From contig CP158635.1 of NCBI GenBank assembly GCA_050273025.1, positions 21,576,001-21,640,000 of the forward strand: a stretch of 64,000 bases of DNA, written 5' to 3'. Source of the DNA: Cenococcum geophilum (Eukaryota). A program made the translations under genes and the position numbers. Below are positions 28,013 through 40,158 of the stretch, one piece after another (within the stretch, counting starts at the first letter, position 1; each line of letters opens with the position of its first letter). The notes under the pieces are model-generated. The model saw nothing but the letters and a program-made list of their open reading frames with translations, was not told where the DNA came from and did not search any database.

Positions 28013-28924
28013 TCAGCGGCGAGAGGTAAATCGTATCGGTGGTAATGCAACCTCCGAGTCGTCGCTTGCATCGTCCACCTCTATATCCACGGCGTTTGAA
28101 ACTTGCTCGATACGGCTCGGTTCAACTGTTATTTTCTGTTCCTCATTCTTTTTGGCTTTCGCCACTTCCCCTCCACTCAGTTTCAACACCTCATCAAGAT
28201 GTTCTTTAATTCCGTCGAGTTCCGTTTGGCAGCTCCCATCTCGAAGGAACTGGTGAGCGCCACGTTCACACAGATTTTGTGCTTTCTCCAATGCCTTGTC
28301 CGCGACATCAAAATGTTCGGACCCTGCGCTTGTATGTGAGAAATCTCCCATGCCTATCCCACCTGCTCTTGTTGTCCGAAACATGAGGCCATTGCGGGGC
28401 CTATATCCAAGCTTCGATAGCATGGGGTCATGTTCATCATCCTCATCATCCTCATTGGTGGCTGTGGCTTCTGTCAACGCCTCTATCCGGGCAGCCATCT
28501 TTCCTTTCCGGAGCAGGTTCCGGCCAGTGCCAATATTCCTCACGAGTGTCTCAAATGCCTTCTGAACCTCGCTGTCGTAGTAAACGATTATCATGGTTCG
28601 GCTCCTGTACTTCACCGGACCTGAAGCATTGCCCGACAAGACCGACACGGTCTTTCTCTTCCTTTTGGCAAGTTGCGATTGGTATTGTTGGGCTACCGCC
28701 GATGGGTCTTCAGGTATAGCACTGGTGGGTTCGTTTTCTTCGTTTTCTTTCAGTCTTATCGACTCGGTAGAGTCTGTTTTCTTAACTACTGGGACAACCG
28801 GAATTGGTACTCTCGTAATCTCATCTTGCTTGTTCGCTACTTTGTCTTCAACCTCCGCGGCACTCTTCAACCAAGAGGGTATGTTCTCGTGCAGGAAGGC
28901 GAAGCACCTTTGAGCATCCGACAT
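28013..28924 (-). CDS. Hypothetical protein, 303 aa, single exon, likely conserved in Pezizomycotina
   Basis: Clean 303-aa ORF. Motifs KYRSRTMIIVYYDSEVQKAFETLVRNIGTGRNLLRKGKMAA and LCERGAHQFLRDG resemble an uncharacterised fungal family as I recall it. Contains a KRKRK NLS-like stretch. Confidence 0.85.
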   Translation of the reverse strand: MSDAQRCFAFLHENIPSWLKSAAEVEDKVANKQDEITRVPIPVVPVVKKTDSTESIRLKENEENEPTSAIPEDPSAVAQQYQSQLAKRKRKTVSVLSGNASGPVKYRSRTMIIVYYDSEVQKAFETLVRNIGTGRNLLRKGKMAARIEALTEATATNEDDEDDEHDPMLSKLGYRPRNGLMFRTTRAGGIGMGDFSHTSAGSEHFDVADKALEKAQNLCERGAHQFLRDGSCQTELDGIKEHLDEVLKLSGGEVAKAKKNEEQKITVEPSRIEQVSNAVDIEVDDASDDSEVALPPIRFTSRR

Positions 28925-31530
28925 TGTACCAGATGTGAGTAAACGAGAGGTGGAGAATGAATGGGGTAGGAGCGGGAGCGGATGCGGGCAGTCGGGTTGT
29001 CACCAGGGGTGGTCTACTACGAGGGTGAATTGTAAATTTTTAAGGAAGCGAATTCGTGCGGTCGTGAAGCCGTCGATATCTGGTCCAAGGAGGTGTTGTG
29101 AATTGACTGATTAGGACAGCGGAAAAGCAGCCAGGGACAAGCAGGCGTAATGAAAGTCAGACGGGCAGGGATTGCTATCTTTGTACGAGATGAGATCAAC
29201 AGTCTGGCCTAGGTCGCCATGCGCGACTATTACACAATGACATTGCGCACTCAATGATGGGAAGTTAAATGGGGGGTTTGGAGAAAGTTTCGGTCAGGGA
29301 GGGCAAGTAGCGAGGCAGGCCGAAATAAAGCAGGTGGACGACAAAACAGCGAGGCCTTGCCTGGTGGCATGTTTGCGGGTCAAAGTCGCTCTGAGGGCGA
29401 GCAAGGGCCCACGTCCCGCGCAGTAGCCAAGTTTCTCCACCAAGTCTTCGCCGCAGTGGTGCAGGAGGGCGCATTAAGGCTACCTCGCCGACCAGACGCA
29501 ACCCCTTCACGGAAGAGGCAATTGGGCGTGTTTGAGCGGCAGGTCATTCATCGCGCAGGCACACTATCCGTTGTCGGTCTCGCCGTCTTTTGTGTAGCCG
29601 ATGAACCACGTTGCTGGAGCCCTCTTTTTGCCGAGCGAAAGCGTTAGGGCCCCCTTCGAGGGGTCCGCAAGCGCCATGACGAGAGAGCCCTTGCTGGGGC
29701 TTCACGGAAGATATGCGGAATACGAGCAGCAATTAGGGATATGCGCGTGGGAGTCAAAGGGTAAATAGATGAAACAATCTACCAGTATCTCTTCCATCTG
29801 TCATCACAAATTTCTTGCCGTAAGTCCCCCCGTAATCTCTACACAACGCTCAGGCGGAGCGAGGAGAAACAAAGGGAAACGATTCGACTCCAGCAGCGGG
29901 ATCGACCGGCTCCCAGATTGCCAAAAACAATTACAACACGCACAGATCGGAAGCGCGCTTATTCGGATTGTGTGAGACTTACTAGAACCTAGTCGACATA
30001 CAGCAAAGCTACCGGGCGCCACACTCAGACGATCGACAAGCCGTTCGGGACGGTGGCCTCTCGGGTCGAGGGACGGCCAGTTTCGATCCAGGCCGAGATG
30101 CAAATGCAGTGTGCGAGCGGGAGAGAAGCCGCGAGTGCCAATCATACACCTTTGTCAATGTCTGACAGATGCACTCTCTCCCTGGTCGATTAGCGGCGTC
30201 TCACTGCGAGTCTGGCCGTCCTTGCGGTGAGTAACCCCGCTGCTGTTGGACTGTGATGCTGAGAGCGTGCTTCGCTGTGCCGTAAGCCCTTTGGGGAAAT
30301 GTCCTCAGCGCTGGAACGGAAAGGATCGCTGTCAGATGTGGTGAAGCCCACCTGACCTCCTAAGTACATGTAACCCCTTGGACTGCACTCAGGAGCGTTT
30401 ACAAGCCGGATTCCCCCTTTCGCGCTGCGAAAGTGCTTTATTAACTTGTCTGTATCGAGACCAGCCCCTTTACCCGTTTCAAAGCATGGCTTGAGCCATT
30501 GGTGATACTGGCCGGCTCCACTTACCAGCTATCCCCGAACGCAGTTAAGGGCTTCATCAAAAGAAGCGAGGGCAAGGATATGGTTCCTGGGAGGCCACTT
30601 GTGCTGCTCGAGAGCAAAATAGTGAGCAAATAGTGTAGCCATGGCATTGTGCAGAGGTCCCGGCCAGCTGCATATTTTCGTGCTTGATGACCTTAACGAC
30701 CTTACATAACAACAGCCTACATCTACTATTTACGCATTTAAATCCTTTAAACCATCCACATGACTTGTGTGTTCGTGTGTGTGGTGCGCAGAAGGCGATT
30801 TCCAAGGTTGGCTCCCGCATCTTAGGGTTCTCCCGCCCCAGGCGTTCACGGAAGCTTTGCTCGAACCAGCCTGCCAGGCTTTTTGGCGTCCTGCCGATTC
30901 AAAGTTAAAAGGAGATTGGTCACGATTGGCGCTGGGAAAAGGGCGACGGCGGACGCCAAGACAACGTGGTTTTGGCGAACGATGAAAACTGTGGAGGCTT
31001 GCTGGAACAACACCGGACTCCAAAGCACCCTGAAAGCTGAAGCTGCTGGGTAGGATATTCAAACTCCCACACCGTGCCCAAGCCCGGTTTTCCATTACAC
31101 TCATACTGGCTAGGCCGTAAATCTAGAGGTCTTCAGATCTTTCAATCTACCTTCAACTGGTATTGCGATAGAGCATGCGCATCATCGTCAGCGTATTCTC
31201 TGAAGGCATTTAGCAGTCAAGAGCGATTACTAAAGCTCTTTGAGCCTGCGAGCAAAAATCGGATGATTTTGGCGCAGAAATCATAGCATCCGTCTCACGG
31301 GTCGGCTCGTGGCAAACAAAACCCACGAGTATTCATACTCGATGCCGTCATCACTTAGCAACAATCTCCCTCCGTACATCATACCACGCAGTTTTACTCC
31401 TGCGTGCCTTGACAGCTCCAATTGACCTTGCATGCTCCTACAGATATATTTCCCAACCTGCCTACCATTACCTACCGCAAATATAGCTTCAACGACGGCA
31501 GCCCAACGTCTCGCCCGCCTTATCCGCTCC

Positions 31531-32469
31531 ATGTCCACCACCACTCCCAATTCTGCCGTCCTTCCTACAGCACCATGGAAACCCCTTTTCAATCAGCATA
31601 TTTCCAAAATGCTGAGTCCTCAGTTCGTCCTCAGTACTCTCGCTATTGCACCCTCTGGCTCACCCACGCCCTATCTCCCCCGCGCCCGCTATTGCATCTT
31701 TCGCGGCTTCTGGGCCGAGCCACCTGAGAACAAACACAATGAAGCCGAGCGCAATCCGCGGGTATACGAAAGCGATTGTCCAACTTTTACTACAGATGTG
31801 AGGATGGAAAAAGTTGGGCAGCTATTCGAGAGCAGCGCAGGACATGCTCAGAGAGAGGTGCAGGTGCATGGAAGTGGCGGCGGCGGGCCCGTTGAAGCGG
31901 TTTGGTGGGTTGAGGAAGTTGGGACACAGTGGAGAGTCAAGGGCCGAGCCTTCGTTGTTGCAGACGATGTGGAAGGCGATGAAGGCGATAGTGAGGGGAG
32001 AGGTGGAGTGCGGACATTGAAGAGCGAGGTGGGGAAAAGGATGAGACTCGTGGACGAGAGTAAAGAGAAAGAGTGGAGCTGGGAAAGGGAGGTTGAAAGG
32101 TGTTTTGGGAATTGCTCACCTGGCATAAGAGGTACATTCATACATAATCCCATATCTCGTATATTTGTGGCTAACTGCACCTGCTACTTGTCTTGCTAAC
32201 TACATAACTTTTAAGGTTCTTTCCGTGCGCCTCCTCCCGGCACACCAGTCAATCAGGCCTACACAGACAAAGAACTGCAATTGGGAACCCAGGTCAAAGA
32301 CCTCAGGGATCCAGTTGCCCGCAAGAATTTCCGAGTCGTCATCATTGTCCCGGATTCCGTTGAGCAGACCGATTTAAGCGATCCGGCCAAAGCCCGTAGG
32401 TATAGATACACTTTTGACGAAAGCACTCGCGCCAATGGTGGATGGGGGACAGAGGAGCTGTGGCCATAA
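31531..32469 (+). CDS. Pyridoxamine 5'-phosphate oxidase-like FMN-binding protein (Pyridox_oxase_2 / Alr4036 type); upstream in-frame ATG at 31432
   Basis: Motifs APWKPLF...FVLSTL...PRARYCIFRGF...FTTDVRMEKV...GPVEAVWW...QWRVKG...ARKNFRVV...W.TEELWP. Intron 32132-32215 (gtacat...gctaac...aag) joins ORFs 31432-32199 and 32281-32469 in frame. Confidence 0.85.
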
Positions 32470-34014
32470 TTGAGCTCCTGGTTATTAGTAAGGTGGTGCA
32501 TATATTGGAACTCTTAGCCCATTCTATGGCAAGCCCAGGCTAAATAAATTCAAATGTCTAAACGTTGATCTCACTATCCAGGACTGGGACATTGAGGCAC
32601 TTGTTTCAGGCTGTAAGGTCGCATTGGTACTCCGTACCCGGTAGCCCGTTCCCTCAGTTTGACGAAATATAACCCCCATCCAACCCCACAAACTCGGATA
32701 ACTAAATAGATTGACTTCACACGAGAAATACCATTAAAAGGTCCAATAACGCGGGTTTTAGCTTCACCCTCACAGAGAAAACGTCCTTGATTCGATCTTG
32801 GCAACCCTGATCCTTCCACCTCCCGTTTCTAAATAAAGACTCACGAAAATTTCTTTAATCAATCTGCTTGAACGTGGGACTCATCACCCTGTCATCCCCA
32901 AGAAAAAACCCTCGGACGTTATCACAGCTCGTGCCCGAAGCATGATCGCCCAAAGCTGCTCTCCGTGAAATGCCGCGCCCCACGCGCACTCCCATTCGCT
33001 GCGGCACGTTTATTTCCATTTCGCTTAACCATGACGATGTGCCGGCGTCGGCTGGGCTTGCCAAGTTCCCGTCATGCATCCTTCCTGCACCGTGCGATGC
33101 ATGCGGCTGTCCCCGTGCTAGAAGGTGGTACGAGCGAGCGAATCCTTCACGACTAAGAGAAGCGGTCTGTTACATGCAGCTGTGACGAGGCATGTCCGGG
33201 GAAACGGTTTATTGAGGGTTGAGCGCGAGTAGCCTTGGATTTCGGGGATTTCTTATTGGCTGAGAGAGCAGGCTAAGGGTGGAGGACCGTTGATGAAGTT
33301 GGGAGAGAATGGGATAATGGAGGCAGGCTGGGATCGTCGAAATAACACTGAAGCTGTCCTTGAGTGATTAACACTTCTTTGCGCAATATCATCCTAGCTC
33401 TGAGCCTGGGAAGGTTGCAGAGCAAGGGGACGATATTTCCAAGAGACAAAAAGCAATACATGAAATGAAAGTTGGACAACCCTGAGGGATGCTGCCAACT
33501 TGTGCTTATTTCTGCTTAAAACGTCACTGTGACAAACATTGTAAAACGTCGGGAGTTGAATGGTTTCAAATCTCCGAAACCGGTGGAAACGAGTATCAGA
33601 GAGTGGACTAGACCCTAACATTGCCACGCTTGCCGAGTGGAGACTCCAACATCCTTATTTGCAGTTTTATGCCAACAATACAAGAGAACTGCTAAGCTCT
33701 CGGCCTTGTGTTTTATACTTCATTGGGTTACTTGGAAAGCCAAATTTGACCTGGATACGGCTCTGGAGATACAGTCAGGCGGCTGATGATGAAATACCCT
33801 TTGACTTCATTCCTTCTCCCCACAATAAGGCCTGCTTGGGCCTGTATTTTCCTTAAACGTGCCCATCTTCCTTGTCTTATCTGCTAGACAAGACCTATGG
33901 CTTAGTATGGCAGGTTTGCTGTGATTCTCAAAACTTGCACAATGAAGTCGTCGAAGGAAACACATAGGCTAAGGAACAAAGATTTAGCTCAGTACCTTTT
34001 TACAAAGCTGCCTT

Positions 34015-35845
34015 TCACTTCTTAGTAAAGAATGACGTAATGTTCCCCTGCCCTGGCTTGGCACCCTTCTTGCGCTTTGAAGTGGCATTAGTCATACCAG
34101 GTGCCTTCAGCTTCTTTGGTTCAGGCTCGTCTTCCGAAAAAGACTCCCAAACTTGTTCTTCTTTTGTCACTGTTCATGGTCAGAGAGCTAAAAAAAAGTT
34201 CACGCAACTCAAGGTAATTACCGAGGTATCCCTCCTCATCTTTGACTGTCTTCTTCTTCGTCACACGGCGCCTTCCTCGCCTCCGGCCTCCTGTGACAGT
34301 CACAGCAGCCTCTGGCTCATCTATCTCCCGAGGTTGCGGTTGTTTATCAAGTGGAGCACTAGCTGGTTCTTCTTCTGTTTCAGCAGGAGCGTCATCCATG
34401 GATACATCATCTGTTGCAAATCGAATTAGCATCCGCCTTGGATCAAGATTATTGGACACCCATACCATCCTCCATCATCTGCCGCAGTTTTTCTTCGCGC
34501 TCAGCGCGGGCCTTGCGTGCAGCGTCACTCTTTTCTTTTGAGATCTCGACTTCAGGAGTGTAGTCTTCCTCATACTCATCTTCTGAGACGTCTTTCATGG
34601 GTTCTGCATTAAATTCAGCAGTAGCCTTCAATGCCAAATGGGTAATACTTACCATCTTCCTGAGCACTTTGTTCCGCCTGCCGAATAATCAGTAGACGTT
34701 ACTTGGAAGTATGAACTGAGACATACCGAATCTGTAGCTGGAGTAGCTTCCTTGGGTTTTGCTTTGGCCTTCGCAAACGACTTGAATATGTCTGAGCTGT
34801 CGCGTTTGAGAGCGGGCTTCGCGCCGAGCTTCTTTGCACCGGTAGTCGGCTCGGCTTGTGGTGTAGATTGACTGGATCTGCCGCCCTCTGATTCGCTTCC
34901 TCTCCTCGCCTTTGGTAATCCAGCATCCTTCTCCTTTGTTTGTGCTGTGTTGTTCGGCCGTGGGGTAACCTTGGAAGTCGTCGTGGGGACTACGGAGGCA
35001 ACTGGAGGGGGTGGTACACGAGTCGCCCTTCGCTATATATAAATATCAATATCAACACAATAAAGAGAGCGGAATTGTGAACCTACCGTGATATTTGGAT
35101 TATGAATGGTTCCATATATCTTCCAGTTTTCTAAGGGGTCCTCGTGGGCATACTTCCGGGCGATTTCCTGATTGCCAACTGATAGAAGATGTATGTTCTA
35201 AAATTTATCAGCAATAGCATTCCTGCATGCGCATACGCATATCCTACTTCTAGAGGACCTGGCTCTAAGCTGTATATGTGTATGGAGGTCATTTCTTCCA
35301 ATTGCGCCTTCACCCCTGATATAGTGAGCATCCTTTTGTCCAGCAATATGATATCATGCCCTAGATTTATCTTGAACAAGCCTACCCTCGAGGTCTTCCT
35401 CTTTGACCAGTATGATTGAGGTAACAGCTATGACCTCCTCGGTAGCCTCCTCGGGCTCCGGTATTGAGCTCGTAAACGGAGCGCTCTGCATGAAGCTGTT
35501 TGCTCCATCCTGCGGCAATGTACCGTTGGTGTATTGTGAAGGTTTTGGACGCTTTTTACCGGTAAGAAGATAGGTTGCATGGACCGAACCAGGCTTCTTC
35601 GCGTTCTGTTTTTGGTAGAAGTCGTATAGCATCCTGGCAGGTTATAAGTTGGTGTAACTTATGGTACTGTAGATGCACTTACTGTTTTGCGAGGTTGACG
35701 TGCACTTTCAATGCCCGGCTTAGAGCACGGTAGGTGACCTTCAAGAACGATTAATTGAGATATAGATGTCTGCAGAGACACCACTTACAATTTGACTGTC
35801 ATTGAGAACGTGAGTTGCTAGGTATTCCTTGTACTTATCAGCCAT
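34015..35845 (-). CDS. POL32: DNA polymerase delta subunit 3 (Cdc27/Pol32 family), multi-exon
   Basis: Spliced N-terminus MADKYKEYLA...VTYRALSRALKVHVNLAKQ|MLYDF...GSVHATYLL; SIHIYSL; RRRGRRRVTKKKTVKDEEGYL...WESFSEDE; C-terminal PIP box QGNITSFFTKK-stop. Confidence 0.92.
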
Positions 35846-36019
35846 AATGGTGGGCCGTTTTGCTGCTATGTTCGTTAGAATGTGGTGTTGTCCTGAAGTC
35901 ACGCCGTCTTCAAACGATTCGCGAAATCATGTGAAGCAAATTTCAGGTCGCGTCGCCCATCGCGAAAAAGGCTTCCACCATAACCTCTCGTCCCACTCCG
36001 ACAGGGAATGTGCACAAAA
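35846..36019. promoter_or_regulatory. Compact divergent promoter with SCB/MCB-like CGCG motifs
   Basis: 174 bp between the POL32 and cofactor D start codons. CGCGAAA at 35920-35926 and 35961-35967; CGCGT at 35949-35953. Confidence 0.55.
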
Positions 36020-39000
36020 ATGAACACAACTGAGGATGAAGATATCAAGCTACAGCGAGCGTCTGCTTCATTACTCTCAGATCTGCAAGCTTTGCTGGAC
36101 AGAGTTTTGTGGAAGCTAAAGGTCGAGAACTCTGGTTATGGTCAAATTCATCGTAGAGTAAGGGAGGCGGACTTGGATCGTATTATTTCTTTGGTAGCAT
36201 TTCTCAGCTCCTTTGTTTCTCCATTGCTGAATGACTTTTCAGGTTGAACCGTTCCAAGAGGATCCACAGTTGCTAGACTCGCAAATGAAGAATCTCATTC
36301 CTCCGTTAGTTGTTGCCTATTTGAAATATATCCAAATTTCTCCTCGACCCCTGCTAAAGAAGAGGCTTATTCCCTTATCGCATGCTGTTTGCAGAATTTT
36401 GAATCTTCTCTGCAAGGTCCGAGGAGAGAAGGTCATTGCTGGTTTCCTGAACAATGAACCTCGTTACCTCGAGCCAATTCTTACTGAGTTTGAAAAAGAA
36501 GAGAACTTTCCAACCCAGGCACCAGAAGAAGTATCCCAAAAGATAGTTCCTTGGGAGGAGAGATATGTACTTCTTCTATGGCTGTCACACCTGATGCTGG
36601 CCCCATTTCCTCTCGCGTCAATCTCTGCTCTTCAGCCGTCACAGGAGACCTCCAATAGATTTGATATCGATCTACCTCCTCAGCTTCCTGGAGTTGCTCT
36701 TCGTGTTCTTCCAATATGTATTAGGCATCTTGATTCTGCAACGAAAGAGCGGCATGCGGCTGGGATACTTCTCGTACGACTCAGTGTTAGGCCTGACATG
36801 AGGAAGATTGGATTACTTGATTCTCTCGTCCAATGGGCTTTGTCATTCTTCACTACGTCATCTCAAAAATTATCCGACATCCATCAATGCCTTGGTGTGC
36901 TCTCTTTTTTGAGTGGTCTTGTGGCATCCTCGACCAACCAAGAGATTGGCCCATTGCTTCCTACCATTTACAAATCGTGCCAAGATATCATTAGTGAAGG
37001 AGCTCTCGGTTTTGTGAGATCATCCGCGGTAGCAAGGAAGCTGGTTATCAAAATACTTCGAAATGTTGTCGTCCATTGCTTGCAACCCACGTCTGCTCCT
37101 TATGGTGTTGATATTTCCACTACTTTAGAGGATGTAATTGATTTTCTGCTTGAATCTCTTGCTGATGGAGATACACCTGTCAGATATGCGGCAAGCAAGT
37201 CACTCAGTATGATAACTATGAAGCTCAAAGGTGGGCTGGCAAGGGAAGTCGTCGAAGCTATTCTTGGGTGCCTCAATGAGAATGTTTATTGGGAGGGCTC
37301 TAAGAGGAATCTCGACGCTGTCAATCCTCTGAGATGGCATGGCTTGGTCCTGACTCTTGCTCATCTCCTTTATAGAAGAGCACCTTCGACAGAGCTACTC
37401 CCGGATATCCTCAATGCATTGATACTAGCTCTCGCATTTGAGCAGCGATCTTCAACCGGTGGCTCTATTGGCACAAATGTTCGAGATGCCGCATGCTTCG
37501 GTATCTGGGCTCTATCCCGTCGATATTCCACTAAGGAGCTTCTTGCTGTTCAAACGACATCAATCCGTGCCTCCCAGAAGAAGCACCAGATGTACTCGGT
37601 CCCGCAAGTTCTCGCTGTTGAGTTATTGTTAGCTGCGTGTTTGGACCCAGCTGGCAATATTCGGAGAGGCTCTTCAGCAGCCCTACAAGAACTTATAGGT
37701 CGCCATCCGGATACAGTTCATGATGGCATCCCTCTAGTTCAAATTGTTGATTATCACGCAGTTGGACTCCGCGACAGGGCTATGTGCGATGTTGCTATTA
37801 AGGCCGCACGACGTAGCCGGATATACTGGGATGCGGTTTTTGAGAACCTCCTGGGATGGAGAGGTGTGGGATCTTTGGATGTGTCATCCCGCCTATCTGC
37901 AGCAACAGCAGTAGGTCTGTTGAGCCGTCTCCAGCCATTTGAAGTTGTAATCGGGATGGTGGACCAGATATGCCAACACCTAGGGGGGCTTGCATCAAGA
38001 GAAGTTGAGGAGCGCCACGGACTTGTAATGTCACTGGCATTCCTCATCAGCGAGTGCAGTATGCAGTCTTCAATTCAAGATGGGAAGAATGCAAATGTTG
38101 AGGAGAAACCACTTGTCCGAAGAACGATGGAGGACTTGGCTAACCTGACCCGACTGTGGTCACTGTTTGAGGGTAGTCTTCAACTCGAAGATAAGGCATT
38201 TACCTCAACCGCTTTACGGCCAGAACTCACTACAGCTGCATTCTGCAATCTCCTTGGAAGTTTGGCTACTGTTACTTGCCAAGTCTCAAAATCGAGTGAG
38301 ACATGCAGTCTCCCAAGCAAAAACATGGTCAGATTCTTTAATTTATGTCTCGAGCGTGATGAAGAATCCGTTCTTCAAGCCATTCCGACGGCGGCAATAC
38401 ACGTAGTCGAACTGGCTCAAACGGATCCCAAATTTGCTGATACGAACGTTGTTCATTTATGGGCGTCATATCTGGACCGGAAGTCTTCCTATTCTGGCTT
38501 ACAAGGGTTTGGCTATGCTATCGCTCTTGGTGCTATCTATTCGAGGCTCAATGCTACTGTGAATGATATTGGTTCTTCAGAAAACCAAGCCCAAATTATC
38601 CAGGTACTAACTCTCAGATGTACAGCTGTTGTCAAGATTGCGGCTCGGACCGTATCTTTGCAAAGTTTAAAGGTTCTACTCGAGAAAACATTGGAACGAC
38701 ATACGGCAATTAACCTGCATGGAGAGTCACCAGCTTTGCCCCAAGACGCAAGAGATAAAATTACAATGGCTCTAAATACAGCATTGAACGACTACACTAT
38801 TACTGAGCGCGGCGATATTGGATCGCTAGTCCGACTGGAGGCACTGAACACCACTGAAACTGCTTGGACAACCGGTCTCCTCAAAGGCTCTGTAGGGGAA
38901 GACCAACTTCATGCCTCCGTACTACGACTCTCTGTGGAAAAACTTGATAAGATTCGAGCTCGAGCTGCCCACTGTCTTGAATTAGGCAATCAGGAACATT

Positions 39001-39861
39001 TCGAGCGGTGCGCAGCGTCTCGTGTTTTCCTCCGTAATAGGTTGCTAATTGATAATAGTGCAATAATTGGAGTCACAGATGGCGTTTCGTCTTATGCATA
39101 CTTCACTGAGACGCTCAAAATCTTCAATCCTTCAAGTCCTTACTGGCTCAAGGCCGCAGTACTCGAAGGCTATGTAAGCTCCGCAGGAATGGGTTCTGAG
39201 TCCGTCGTCCAAAATTCTCGAATGGCACTAGTAGATGCTATCGACCAACTTCCTGTGACCCTTTCTGAGGCGAACGAATCTGGATGCTCTCTCCTCGACA
39301 TTATGGACCAACTCCTCGAACTTTTGAAGGTTAACATTTCTACAGAGCGCATTCTCATCCCTATTCTGGAAGTTATCGCATTCTTGTTCGACGCGCAAAT
39401 CTTGCAACGGCTTATTGGTACAAACTTCAAGTACGTTTCCATCTCGCCTTGAATCTTAATGATTCAAATTTAGTCATCTCCTTACACTACATGCTTACAT
39501 AGCTACCGCTCTCTTCTCTTCCTAATCCAGAAATCTCACTACAAGTCAACGAACCTACATAAGCTGCATATTGCATTAGATGTCTACCGTGGCCTTGCAA
39601 ATATTCCAACCATACGTAAAGATGTCATCGCTAAGGTAGCAAGCATGTTGCTACATCCATTCCCTAAGGTAGGAGTCCTTTCTCAGAGCTCTTTCCTAGA
39701 GTTTCTATTGGAGACTTTCGCTAATTTTACAGGTTCGAATTACTGCCGCGGAAACCCTTTGGATCACTACCGGGGATGAGGATTTGAAGCTTCACGATTG
39801 GTCACAGCCAGCTAAGAACTTGAAGGCTACTGTAGAGAGTATCAAGCAAGGCAACCAGTAG
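36020..39861 (+). CDS. TBCD: Tubulin-specific chaperone D (beta-tubulin folding cofactor D; Cin1/Alp1 family), multi-exon
   Basis: Motifs EPFQEDPQLLD, CKVRGEK, WEERYVLLLWLSHLMLAPF, DGDTPVRYAASK, WHGLVLTLA, GTNVRDAACFGIWALSRRY, NIRRGSSAALQELIGR, LNDYTITERGDIGSLVRLEA, EKLDKIR, LLHPFPKVR. GT-AG introns near 36194, 39008, 39432 and 39669. Confidence 0.93.
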
Positions 39862-40158
39862 ACAAAGCATCGAAGCCTGAATAGTAGTCAGAAACAAGGC
39901 AGTTGAATCCTAAATAACCAATGGGGGTTGGTGAGGATCGCATTTCAGGAGGTATCCAAAAATCTAGGTTAGAGATGGTAGAACTATAGACGTGCGTAGA
40001 GGACTAGTGCACTGTCCTAGATGTTTGTAGTATGCTATTTGAATATACTTGAAGCTCGATTTGGTAGAGCATTGGTCTTGGCACCCCTCCATTTCAACCC
40101 CACACCGAAAAAAAGTCGCGATGTCAAAGTCTTGTGTCAATGTAACACTGCAACCACA

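Noticed and set aside
32500..34000. Small ORFs between the PNPOx-like gene and POL32
   Set aside because: Short, overlapping on both strands, with no recognisable motifs or convincing splice pattern.
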